From contig CAZQDY010000006.1 in NCBI GenBank assembly GCA_964592075.1, positions 3,942 to 67,941 of the forward strand: a DNA stretch of 64,000 bases, in the 5' to 3' direction. The stretch comes from an uncultured Gaiellales bacterium. GTDB taxonomy: Bacteria > Actinomycetota > Thermoleophilia > RBG-16-64-13. Shown piece after piece: positions 1 to 7,812 of this stretch (position 1 is the stretch's first letter; every line of letters starts with the position of its first letter). The notes beneath the pieces are model-generated. The model was given only the letters and a program-made list of their open reading frames with translations, had not been told where the DNA came from and did no database searches. Made by a program: the position numbers and the translations under genes.

Positions 1-182
1 AGAAGCCCGATCAGCCGGGAGCTGGCCCCGTTCTGTTCGAGCAGGTCGATGGTCAAGGCGTTGACGTAGTAGTCGGTGTCTTCCTCGGTCTCCTCGACGA
101 GCTGGTCGATCAGCATTCGCAGATCGGCTTCGTCGATCTTTCCAAGCGGCTCGGCGCTACCCTTCAAGGACAAAGTGATCAT
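1..182 (-). CDS. hypothetical acidic protein, N-terminal fragment (gene runs off the window start)
   Basis: ATG at 182-180 just downstream of the ASCH gene stop; translation MITLSLKGSAEPLGKIDEADLRMLIDQLVEETEEDTDYYVNALTIDLLEQNGASS... continues to position 1; no family recognised. Confidence 0.3.
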   Translation of the reverse strand, partial: MITLSLKGSAEPLGKIDEADLRMLIDQLVEETEEDTDYYVNALTIDLLEQNGASSRLIGL

Positions 183-197
183 CTGGCTCCTCCCGTT

Positions 198-707
198 TCA
201 CGTCGGCCCTTCGGAAGTACCCGGATCGCCGCCGAATACCACCTCGAAGCGCTCGCATACCACCGGCATATCCGACTCGAACTTCCTTCCGATCTCGGGA
301 AGTCTCCGGCTGAACACCGCTTCGTGGATCTCCCGCCAGTACCCCAGCGACCCGTCACCCTCCCCCTCGGCTGCGGCGAAATCCTTGGTGACCTCATCGA
401 ACGGCACCACCTCGACCGAGGTCGTGCGGATCACGCACACGGCGTTCCCCGCCCAACCGGTGACGATGTTCAGGTCGCCCACCTCGGGAAGCGGCTCCTG
501 CTCCAGTTCGTATGACCAGAGGTCCCCGGTCGTCGCACACTTGCGCCCGCGGCGCGCCAGCTCGGCCAGCTCGTCGGCGTCGGCCTGATTGTCGCAGAAA
601 TACCAGGTTTCATACGTTGTGTCCGGACCGGCGAGATCGGGGCGCGCCGCGATGAACGCAGCCCACATGCGCTCCACCGAACCGGTCTCACCCCGCATCG
701 CACCCAC
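198..707 (-). CDS. ASCH domain-containing protein (YhfF-like)
   Basis: Translation (169 aa) has ASCH-like motifs (YETWYFCDN..., GDLWSYELE); GTG start immediately after the stop of the upstream GMP synthase gene. Confidence 0.65.
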   Translation of the reverse strand: MGAMRGETGSVERMWAAFIAARPDLAGPDTTYETWYFCDNQADADELAELARRGRKCATTGDLWSYELEQEPLPEVGDLNIVTGWAGNAVCVIRTTSVEVVPFDEVTKDFAAAEGEGDGSLGYWREIHEAVFSRRLPEIGRKFESDMPVVCERFEVVFGGDPGTSEGPT

Positions 708-1703
708 CTACACCACTTCGATGGTCGACGGCGGCTTGGTGGCGATGTTGTAGGTCACGCTGACGACGCCCGGCACGGCGGCAATGATGTCCTGGGCCAT
801 CTTCTCCAGAACTTCGAACGGCACACGGGTGGGCGAGGCCGTGCGCGCGTCCAGGCTGTCCCAGCAGCGCACCTCGATCTGCATGCCGAAGTCGCGCCTG
901 CCGTCGCGCATGCCCGTCACCCGGTCCTCGTGCAGCACGGCCAGATATTGAAAGGCCCCAAAGCCCTCCAGATACGGCTCCACCACTTTCGTAGCCTCGC
1001 GCACAACCTCGATGCGCTCCGGAGTGGCCTCACCTATCACGCGGGCGGCAAGCGCCGGCCCCGGGAAGGGGATGCGGTCGAACAGCTCCTTCGGCAGCCC
1101 CACCGCTTCGCCCACTTTCCTCACGCCGTCCTTGCGGAGCTGGATGAGCGGCTCGAGGATCTTGTAGCCGAAGGCCTCCTGCGGATCGATGCCCAACTGC
1201 TCGAAGACGTTGTGCTGCCGCTTGATGCCGGCGACGGTCTCGTCCACGTCGGTGAGGATGGTCCCCTGGAGAAGGTACTTCGCCCCGCTCTCCCGGACCA
1301 GGCGTCCGAAGACCTCGCGGTAGAAGGTCTGGGTGATGGCCTCGCGCTTCGCCTCGGGGTCGGTTACCCCCTTGAGAGCCGCGAAGAACTCGTCGCGCGC
1401 GTCGACGACGTCCACGGCAACGCCCAGGTCGTCGAAGAATCCTGTCACCTGCTCGGCTTCGCCTGCCCGCATGAGGCCGTTCTGGACGAAGACGGTCTTC
1501 AGTTTGTCGCCCAAGGCCAGATGGCCCAGCATCGTGACCACGGACGAATCGACCCCGCCGGACAGGGCGTTGATGGCGCACCCGTCGCCCACCATGGAGC
1601 GGATCTCGGCCACCTTCTCCGCGACGAAGCTCGTAGTGTCCAGGTCCTGCGCGGCGATCTCCTTGATCATGCCAGCCTCTCTTTGCAGCCCCTCAGTGGT
1701 CAT
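708..1703 (-). CDS. guaA: GMP synthase ATP-pyrophosphatase subunit (GuaA C-terminal domain only, subunit B-like)
   Basis: PP-loop SGGVDSSV; C-terminus ...YNIATKPPSTIEVV matches the GMP synthase dimerisation tail; 331 aa with no N-terminal glutamine amidotransferase domain. Confidence 0.8.
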   Translation of the reverse strand: MTTEGLQREAGMIKEIAAQDLDTTSFVAEKVAEIRSMVGDGCAINALSGGVDSSVVTMLGHLALGDKLKTVFVQNGLMRAGEAEQVTGFFDDLGVAVDVVDARDEFFAALKGVTDPEAKREAITQTFYREVFGRLVRESGAKYLLQGTILTDVDETVAGIKRQHNVFEQLGIDPQEAFGYKILEPLIQLRKDGVRKVGEAVGLPKELFDRIPFPGPALAARVIGEATPERIEVVREATKVVEPYLEGFGAFQYLAVLHEDRVTGMRDGRRDFGMQIEVRCWDSLDARTASPTRVPFEVLEKMAQDIIAAVPGVVSVTYNIATKPPSTIEVV

Positions 1704-1799
1704 TGGTGTGCGAAGACAATATCGGAGCCGCGCGGATATGTGTAGAGGCGCGGAAGAAGAAACCCTCAGGCCGACGGTACTCCGCCGGGCGACGGTGAC

Positions 1800-2423
1800 C
1801 TAGGTCGACGGCACCCGACCGAGTGTTGCGCTGATGAAAGCGGCCTTGGCTTCGGTGTGGGCCGCACGGTCGTGTCCGAGTTCGCACGCCAGTCGTCGCT
1901 TGAGAGCGGCGTACTCCTCGGCCGGCGCGGGATTCGCTCTCAGCGCGTCGCGGAACGCGCGATGGCGTGCCGGCTCCCGGCCGTCGCCGCGGACCACGTA
2001 GAGATGGTGCGCCGCTCGGAGCCGACTCTGCCCTTCCAGTGACTCCGGCGCCGGCGTTCGGAAAGCCTCGCGGCCGGGCACGCCCAGTTCACCAAGATGC
2101 TCGTATCCCAGTCCCCTCAGACGGTCGATAACGTCCGCAAGATGCCGCGACGACTCGACTACAACGTCGACATCGATGACGGGCTTGGCGGCCAGCCCTG
2201 GGATCGCCGTACTCCCCACATGCTCCACAGTCACCGACAGGCCATCGAGGGCCACGATCAGGGCGTCACGTAACTCGGCGAAACGCCTCGGCCATTCCGG
2301 GTCGTAGTCGTGGATGACGACCGGCTCCGCCACCCCGGTACAAGGATCGACGTCCGAGCTAGGCACGACCGCCTGCGCGCGGCGGTAGCCAGACCTCGGC
2401 GTCCGGAGATGGATGCGCTTCAT
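1800..2423 (-). CDS. GrpB family protein (UPF0157)
   Basis: 207-aa translation with GrpB-like core (…VEHVGSTAIPGLAAKPVIDVDVVVES…HHLYVV…); exact start uncertain. Confidence 0.65.
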   Translation of the reverse strand: MKRIHLRTPRSGYRRAQAVVPSSDVDPCTGVAEPVVIHDYDPEWPRRFAELRDALIVALDGLSVTVEHVGSTAIPGLAAKPVIDVDVVVESSRHLADVIDRLRGLGYEHLGELGVPGREAFRTPAPESLEGQSRLRAAHHLYVVRGDGREPARHRAFRDALRANPAPAEEYAALKRRLACELGHDRAAHTEAKAAFISATLGRVPST

Positions 2424-2427
2424 CGCC

Positions 2428-3120
2428 TCACTCAGCCCGGTCGTTGTTGAGCTTGTCCCACAACTCCTGGTCGAACGGAGCCCTGCGGTTGGGGCAGCGT
2501 TCCCGGTGGCAGACCTGGCAGCTCTGGAAGTCGGTCTCGGTGGGGAACATGACGCCGGAGACCGACATCTCCGGTATCAGCAGGGACGAATCCGTCAACC
2601 TCACCCCGATCTCCACCTCGACGTCGCCCAGGAGCGAGAACAGCTCTTTCTGCTGCGACAACGGCCACACCGTGGCGTCGCCCGAGCCCGGGTTCATGAA
2701 GGAGAGCTTCGAGATCTGGTAGTGCCTCGCTATGTGCTCCTCGACCTGAGCCATGGCCACGCCGACCAGTTCCTGTTTGAGAACGTAGAGCCAGGCCTTG
2801 TGCCGGATGTCGCCTTGCGGGCCTTCGATCGAGTCGACCTCAGCACCACACGTGGCCGCGAAGGGGAAGAGGCGTTCGGCCTGATCGAGGTTCTGTCTGA
2901 GGGCCCGGCTGGTGAACCTCACCCCGCCCACGGAGACCCAGCCGTCGCCCTTCTCGTCGATGTAGGCTTCCGTGTAGACCGCTTTGGGCCTGCCAACCTG
3001 TTGCACGCGCGCAACCAGGCCCGCGAACACCTGTGCGTGCTCTGTGCCCGGCTTGACCCGGTGCCGCTCCATGAGGAGGCCGGCGTCCAGCTCGAAGGGT
3101 ATGTGATCGAGTGTGGCCAT
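2428..3120 (-). CDS. methionine synthase activation-domain-like protein (standalone, MetH C-terminal domain family)
   Basis: 230-aa translation resembles the B12-dependent MetH reactivation domain (…AYIDEKGDGWVSVGGVRFTS…LKQELVGVAMAQVEEHIARHYQ…PGSGDATVWPLSQQKELF…). Confidence 0.55.
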   Translation of the reverse strand: MATLDHIPFELDAGLLMERHRVKPGTEHAQVFAGLVARVQQVGRPKAVYTEAYIDEKGDGWVSVGGVRFTSRALRQNLDQAERLFPFAATCGAEVDSIEGPQGDIRHKAWLYVLKQELVGVAMAQVEEHIARHYQISKLSFMNPGSGDATVWPLSQQKELFSLLGDVEVEIGVRLTDSSLLIPEMSVSGVMFPTETDFQSCQVCHRERCPNRRAPFDQELWDKLNNDRAE

Positions 3121-3173
3121 CTGCAGTTCCTTCCGCGGCCCATGTCATTTCTGCGAGGAAGGAGCATACCGCT

Positions 3174-3644
3174 TCACAGTCGCTTCATCATGGGGACGAA
3201 CTTGATCCCGTTGATTTCGGAGACCGGACTAACCGCGGTGAACCCCAACCGCTCGTAGACAGGAACGGCCCACAGCGATGAGTTGACGGACATCTCGAAC
3301 GGCGCCGTCGCACCGTCCCCGGCACCGTGCTGCTCTGCCGATTCCAGCAGCGCCCGCCCCACGCCCCGCCCGCGGCCCTCGGACTCGACGAAGAAGAGGC
3401 ACACGTGCGACGCGTTCCTCACGTCGATCATGCCGAGCAGTCGGCCGTCCTTCTCAGCGACGGTGACACGATGGCCCAGCTGACGTTCCATGACGAAGGC
3501 GCGTACGGCGCGCGTGAACTCCGCGGCGCCGGCCTCCGTGCAGTCGACGCGCACAAGTTCGTCGAACCCGCGCATGACAAGCGCGAACACCTCGGGCTCC
3601 TCGCCCATCGCCATGTCGCGGATCCTCAAGCCATCGTCCGTCAT
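3174..3644 (-). CDS. GNAT family N-acetyltransferase
   Basis: Acetyl-CoA-binding motif …FFVESEGRGRGVGRALLESAE…; ATG (MTDDGLRIRD) overlaps the upstream stop in an ATGA arrangement. Confidence 0.7.
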   Translation of the reverse strand: MTDDGLRIRDMAMGEEPEVFALVMRGFDELVRVDCTEAGAAEFTRAVRAFVMERQLGHRVTVAEKDGRLLGMIDVRNASHVCLFFVESEGRGRGVGRALLESAEQHGAGDGATAPFEMSVNSSLWAVPVYERLGFTAVSPVSEINGIKFVPMMKRL

Positions 3645-4107
3645 ATCCTCCTCGCCGCCACGAAGTACTCCGGGACGCTGTGATCCAGCTCGTCGATCTC
3701 GACGGTGACCAGACCCGCGGCATCCATGCACTCTACCAGTCGCTCACGGTCGCACCGCCACAAACGGGGGATCAGCCGGGTTGCGCTCGCTATCCGCGCC
3801 AGCACCTTCAGGGCGCCGACAAGCGGCGTCCCCCGTTCGCCGAGGCACGGCATCACTGAGATGAGGAGCCCTCCCGGCTTGAGCAGCTTGGCTATTCTGC
3901 GTTGCCGGCGCCACGCGCCTCGGCCGCCTCCTGCGCTCCGGCGATCATCCGGGACGAGATATCGATGCCGTGGATGGTCTTGACGCTGCCGGCGAGCCTG
4001 AGATCCACACTGCCCATGGCGCAGCCGAAATCGAGCACCGTATCGGTTGGCTTGAGATAGGGCCGAGTCTTGGTGAGAGGTTTGGTATCGGTCTGCTCGG
4101 GGCTCAT
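3641..4107 (-). pseudogene. class I SAM-dependent methyltransferase, apparently disrupted (two pieces in different frames)
   Basis: N-terminal piece 3892-4107 (MSPEQ…VLDFGCAMGSVDLRLA…IHGIDISSRMI…AEARGAGNAE*) and C-terminal piece 3641-3856 lie in different frames about 36 nt apart; both ends are ATGA-coupled to neighbours; could equally be a sequencing frameshift. Confidence 0.35.
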
Positions 4108-5114
4108 GGCCGCTCCTCGCTGTTCTCGGAGCATTTCTCCGAGCCGGGCGGGCTCACTCTGACCACGACTTTGCCGCTCACATGCCCCTGCGCGGCGTAG
4201 CCCATGGCCGCGGGGATCTCGTGGAACGGGTACGTGGAGTCGATCACCGGGGCGACCTTCCCCGACTCGATGAGCCCCGTGAGGAACACCAGGTCGTCGG
4301 TGTGCGGCGTCCCGGAGAACATCCGTCCCACCTGGCGGTCGCGCATCGAAAGCATATAGGACCTCACCACGTAGCCCATACCGGCGTGGCCGGTGTTGGG
4401 GATGACCTTGCCCTGGGGCGTGAGCGCACGTTTGTAGTCGGAGAACGAGTGGGTGCCGATGTTGTCGAGGATGAGGTCGTAGTGCAGCCCGCTCTTCGTG
4501 AAGTCCTCCTTGGTGTAGTCGAAGACATGGTCCGCCCCGATCGAGCGGACCATCGCCACGTTCTTGGCGCTGCAGACGCCGGTGACCCCGGCTCCCATAG
4601 TCTTCGCAATCTGGACGGCGAACGTCCCCACACCACCGGAGGCGTTGTTGATGAGGACCTTCTGGCCCGCGCGCAGCTTGCCCGCATCGCGGAGACCGTG
4701 CAGGGCGGTGACGGCGGCCACGGGAACCGCCGCCGCCTGCTCGAAGGTGAGGTTGGCCGGCTTCGCGGCCAACGACCCCTCCGGTATGCATGCATACTCG
4801 GCGAAGGCTCCGCCGCTCATCCCGGTAGCGCCGTAGACCTCATCGCCCGGCACAAACGCGGTCACACCGCCGCCGACGGCTTCAACGAGTCCTGACAGAT
4901 CCCATCCGGCGATGCGCCCGTTTCTCGGTCTCATCAGCCCCAGCACCGGCCGTATCAGGAACGGCTTCCCCTTCATGGTGAAGTAGTCGCCCGCGTTGAT
5001 GGAGGTCGCCCGCACCCGCACCAGCACCTCTCCGTCCCCGGGCACCGGCTTCTCGACGTCCTTGAGTTTCAGTACGTCCGGCGATCCGTAACCTACCTGC
5101 ACGACGGCTTTCAT
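4104..5114 (-). CDS. zinc-binding MDR-family NAD(P)-dependent oxidoreductase (quinone oxidoreductase/alcohol dehydrogenase-like)
   Basis: [43 protein letters not shown]… with GxGxxG (NASGGVGTFAVQIAK); start set at MKAVV; ATGA overlap with the downstream methyltransferase. Confidence 0.85.
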   Translation of the reverse strand: MKAVVQVGYGSPDVLKLKDVEKPVPGDGEVLVRVRATSINAGDYFTMKGKPFLIRPVLGLMRPRNGRIAGWDLSGLVEAVGGGVTAFVPGDEVYGATGMSGGAFAEYACIPEGSLAAKPANLTFEQAAAVPVAAVTALHGLRDAGKLRAGQKVLINNASGGVGTFAVQIAKTMGAGVTGVCSAKNVAMVRSIGADHVFDYTKEDFTKSGLHYDLILDNIGTHSFSDYKRALTPQGKVIPNTGHAGMGYVVRSYMLSMRDRQVGRMFSGTPHTDDLVFLTGLIESGKVAPVIDSTYPFHEIPAAMGYAAQGHVSGKVVVRVSPPGSEKCSENSEERP

Positions 5115-6043
5115 GAGCCTCCCCCCCTTGCGGGCGGCCTGACGGCCTCCGCATGGCCACAACCGCACGCTGTCAGCGTCTCGATGATCTCGGCGCATCC
5201 TCCGTCGCGGATGAAGGCCGCGTGGTCGGCGACTCCGTCGAACCTACGCCCGGTGATGGCGGCGCAGTCGAACTCCCCTCCGGTGCAGCATACAAACCGC
5301 TCGACCATCTCCTGGGCTTTCTCGGGCTTGTAGGAGATCTTCTTCGCCCCCTTCTTCAGAGTCTCCAGGCCCAGGAGCCAGATGGCGGCCCCCAGTGCTC
5401 CGCAGCCGCTTCCGCTCAGACCAATCCCGCCGGCGAGACCGGCCGCGGTGACCGTGCGCGCGTCCGACGCCCCCATCTTGTGCGCCACCAGTGCGGCGCA
5501 GCCCACCGGAGCCGGCAGGGCTTCGTCATGGTCGTCAGACAGCACTGCTTCGATCTCGCCGAAGGCCTCCGAGGGATATCTTCCGGCCATTCGAAAACAG
5601 CGGACCGGGCCTCCGGTCAAGAGGAAGCCGGCCGTCTGCAACGCCGACTCCCTCCCCCACTCGAACTTGGTGATCTGAGAGCACTCGATGGTCTGGTTGA
5701 GAGAGAAGAAGGACTGCAGGACCCTTTGAGCGCCAACGATCGCCTTGGCCTGAGCCCGCGCCCCGGAACCAAGACGGCGGTACGCCTCAGCCCCGGCGCC
5801 CAGCGCTGCCCCCCATACCATGCCGCACTGGTGACCGTGCCCCATGATCCCGCCCGCCAACGGCACGGTCGCACGCTCCTCTGGATCCAAGGGATCGTCG
5901 AAGGCACGGTTGAGAGTCCGAAACAGGGCTTGAGAACAGTAGCCCGTTCTGAGGAACGCACCTATCCCCCGCCGGAGTGGGATCTCGACGCTTGGTCCGC
6001 CATCGCGCGGCGACGCGACCTCGCCGTCAGCAACCTCTACCAC
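5111..6043 (-). CDS. C_GCAxxG_C_C family protein (putative redox-active)
   Basis: Motifs [23 protein letters not shown] and …[17 protein letters not shown]; 310 aa is long for the family, so the true start may be internal. Confidence 0.65.
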   Translation of the reverse strand: MVEVADGEVASPRDGGPSVEIPLRRGIGAFLRTGYCSQALFRTLNRAFDDPLDPEERATVPLAGGIMGHGHQCGMVWGAALGAGAEAYRRLGSGARAQAKAIVGAQRVLQSFFSLNQTIECSQITKFEWGRESALQTAGFLLTGGPVRCFRMAGRYPSEAFGEIEAVLSDDHDEALPAPVGCAALVAHKMGASDARTVTAAGLAGGIGLSGSGCGALGAAIWLLGLETLKKGAKKISYKPEKAQEMVERFVCCTGGEFDCAAITGRRFDGVADHAAFIRDGGCAEIIETLTACGCGHAEAVRPPARGGGS

Positions 6044-6279
6044 CTCTTGCCCCCTTGCTGGTCTGCCCCGCCCGGGTACTGGAACACTTCATCCAGCGGG
6101 ACTCCGAACACGCGCGCGATCTGGAACGCCATCTCGAGAGTGGGCGAGTACTTGCCCTGCTCTATCGCGATGATGGTCTGCCGGGTCACGCCGACGCGAT
6201 CGGCCAGCTCGGCCTGGGTCATCTCCCCGTGCGCGAACCGCAGAGCCCGGATGGAGTTGGTGACGCGGGTCGGCCTGGT
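6037..6279 (-). CDS. XRE-family HTH transcriptional regulator (YozG-like, 81 aa)
   Basis: [67 protein letters not shown]; start overlaps the stop of the upstream DUF2975 gene. Confidence 0.8.
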   Translation of the reverse strand, partial: TRPTRVTNSIRALRFAHGEMTQAELADRVGVTRQTIIAIEQGKYSPTLEMAFQIARVFGVPLDEVFQYPGGADQQGGKRW

Positions 6280-6719
6280 CATCGCTGGAAGCCTATGCGG
6301 TAGACAACGATCCTCACCAGAGACCCCAGGAATCCGGAGATGAAGCAGCCGAGGAAGATGGTGTTGGCTATCCAGAAGTGAGTCGCCCCCGTCATGGTCA
6401 GGATGAGCGCGGCCAACATGGCAAAGGTCCCAAACGCCTGGCCGGAGTAGTTGCCGTACCGCTCGATCTCGCGGTCCCGCTGGTCCGCTTTGCGTCCGGC
6501 CCGAGGAGACGCGAGGTATATCGCGAGGCTGCCCACGATCATCGCCACCAGACACCCGATCATGCACCAGACCATCGGCCACACCCATTCCACCTCCGCC
6601 GCCGGCACCCCGCGCGCACGCGCCCCCACAATCGCGAAGTAGGTGACACCCGTGACCACCGAGACCACGCCATACAGCCACGTGGTCTTCTCCTGGAATG
6701 TCGCGTCGGACACAGCCAT
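6279..6719 (-). CDS. DUF2975-like membrane protein (usual partner of YozG-type regulators)
   Basis: 146-aa translation with four predicted TM helices; sits immediately upstream of, and is co-oriented with, the small XRE regulator. Confidence 0.65.
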   Translation of the reverse strand: MAVSDATFQEKTTWLYGVVSVVTGVTYFAIVGARARGVPAAEVEWVWPMVWCMIGCLVAMIVGSLAIYLASPRAGRKADQRDREIERYGNYSGQAFGTFAMLAALILTMTGATHFWIANTIFLGCFISGFLGSLVRIVVYRIGFQR

Positions 6720-6743
6720 CTCGCTCTCCCATGTAAAACATTG

Positions 6744-6784
6744 CTGACATCAGAACTGTACAAGAAGCTTGACATCGTGTCAAG
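6744..6784 (-). promoter_or_regulatory. candidate operator/promoter for the DUF2975-XRE operon (TGACATC direct repeat plus palindrome CTTGACAtcgTGTCAAG)
   Basis: ctgacatcag at 6744-6753 and cttgacatcgtgtcaag at 6768-6784, 25-65 nt upstream of the DUF2975 start; contains a TTGACA -35-like hexamer. Confidence 0.35.
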
Positions 6785-6888
6785 TTTGTTTGACGCCCTG
6801 TGATGAGCCGCGCTCCCGCGTCTTCCTCGGGCGGTGCGGGCCTGGCCGGAGCAGCGTGGCGGGCCGAACAGTGCCGGATCGGACCGCG

Positions 6889-7812
6889 TCAGGCTACCTC
6901 GATGGCCACGTTGCCCCTCTTGTGGCCGGTATCGACGTAGCGATGAGCCTCGACGATCTGCTCCAGGGGATACGAACGGTCGATGACGGGGCGGATCTTG
7001 CCCGCCTCCGCGAGTTCCTTGAGGGCAAGGAACTCGCTCATCCTCTCGGCGCTGCCGGAGTCCTTCAACACGTTGAGGTAGACGCCCGTCTTCGTCAGGA
7101 CCTTCCTGCCCCGGGAGAGATCGAGCTTGCCCACGGCGTCGAAGACCACGTCGTGGACCCCCGCTCCGATATCGAACCCGGCTGCGCTGTAGTCGAGAAC
7201 CCGGCCGGCGCCAAGGGATCTCACCAGTTCAAGGTTGGCGGCGCTGCACACGCCCGTGACCTCGGCCCCGAAGTGGTGCGTGGCGAGTTGGACGGCAGAG
7301 GTCCCCACCGCACCCGAGGCGCCGTAGACCAGCACCTTCTGCCCGGGCCGGATATCCGCCCTCCGCAGGCAGCGCAGTGCGGTCATCCCCCCGCCGACCA
7401 GGGCGGCCGCCTCGGCGTAGCTGAGGCCGGCCGGCTTCGGAGCGATCGTCGCCTCCTCGGGGAAACACTTGTATTCGGCGTATCCACCGAAACCCAGGTC
7501 GAAGGTCGAGGCGAACACCTGATCGCCTTCCTTGAACCTCGTCACGCCTTTGCCCACCGCCTCGACGTCCCCCGCGAGTTCCATCCCCAAGATGCTCCTC
7601 TTCGGGGCCCGGATCCCCAGGTACACCCGCGCGACGAGACGTTGCCAGCCGGGCACGGGGATCTTGAGGCTCCGCATGATCGTGTCGCCGATGGTGACCG
7701 TGGTCGCACGGACCTTGACCAACACCTCGCCGTCCTTGGGCGCCGGCTTCGGCAGGTCGACGAGCTGGAGCACCTCCGGGTCTCCGTAGGCCGTGTAGAC
7801 GACGGCCTTCAT
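6889..7812 (-). CDS. zinc-binding MDR-family NAD(P)-dependent oxidoreductase (paralog of 4104-5114)
   Basis: MKAVVYTAYGDPEVLQLVDLPKPAPKDGEVLVKVRATTV… with GASGAVGTSAVQLA; ATGA overlap with the upstream MMPL gene. Confidence 0.85.
   Translation of the reverse strand: MKAVVYTAYGDPEVLQLVDLPKPAPKDGEVLVKVRATTVTIGDTIMRSLKIPVPGWQRLVARVYLGIRAPKRSILGMELAGDVEAVGKGVTRFKEGDQVFASTFDLGFGGYAEYKCFPEEATIAPKPAGLSYAEAAALVGGGMTALRCLRRADIRPGQKVLVYGASGAVGTSAVQLATHHFGAEVTGVCSAANLELVRSLGAGRVLDYSAAGFDIGAGVHDVVFDAVGKLDLSRGRKVLTKTGVYLNVLKDSGSAERMSEFLALKELAEAGKIRPVIDRSYPLEQIVEAHRYVDTGHKRGNVAIEVA

Noticed and set aside
76-588. 170-aa plus-strand ORF at the window start
   Set aside because: Ser/Thr/Pro-rich low-complexity translation, antisense to the ASCH-domain gene (198-707), which has recognisable motifs.
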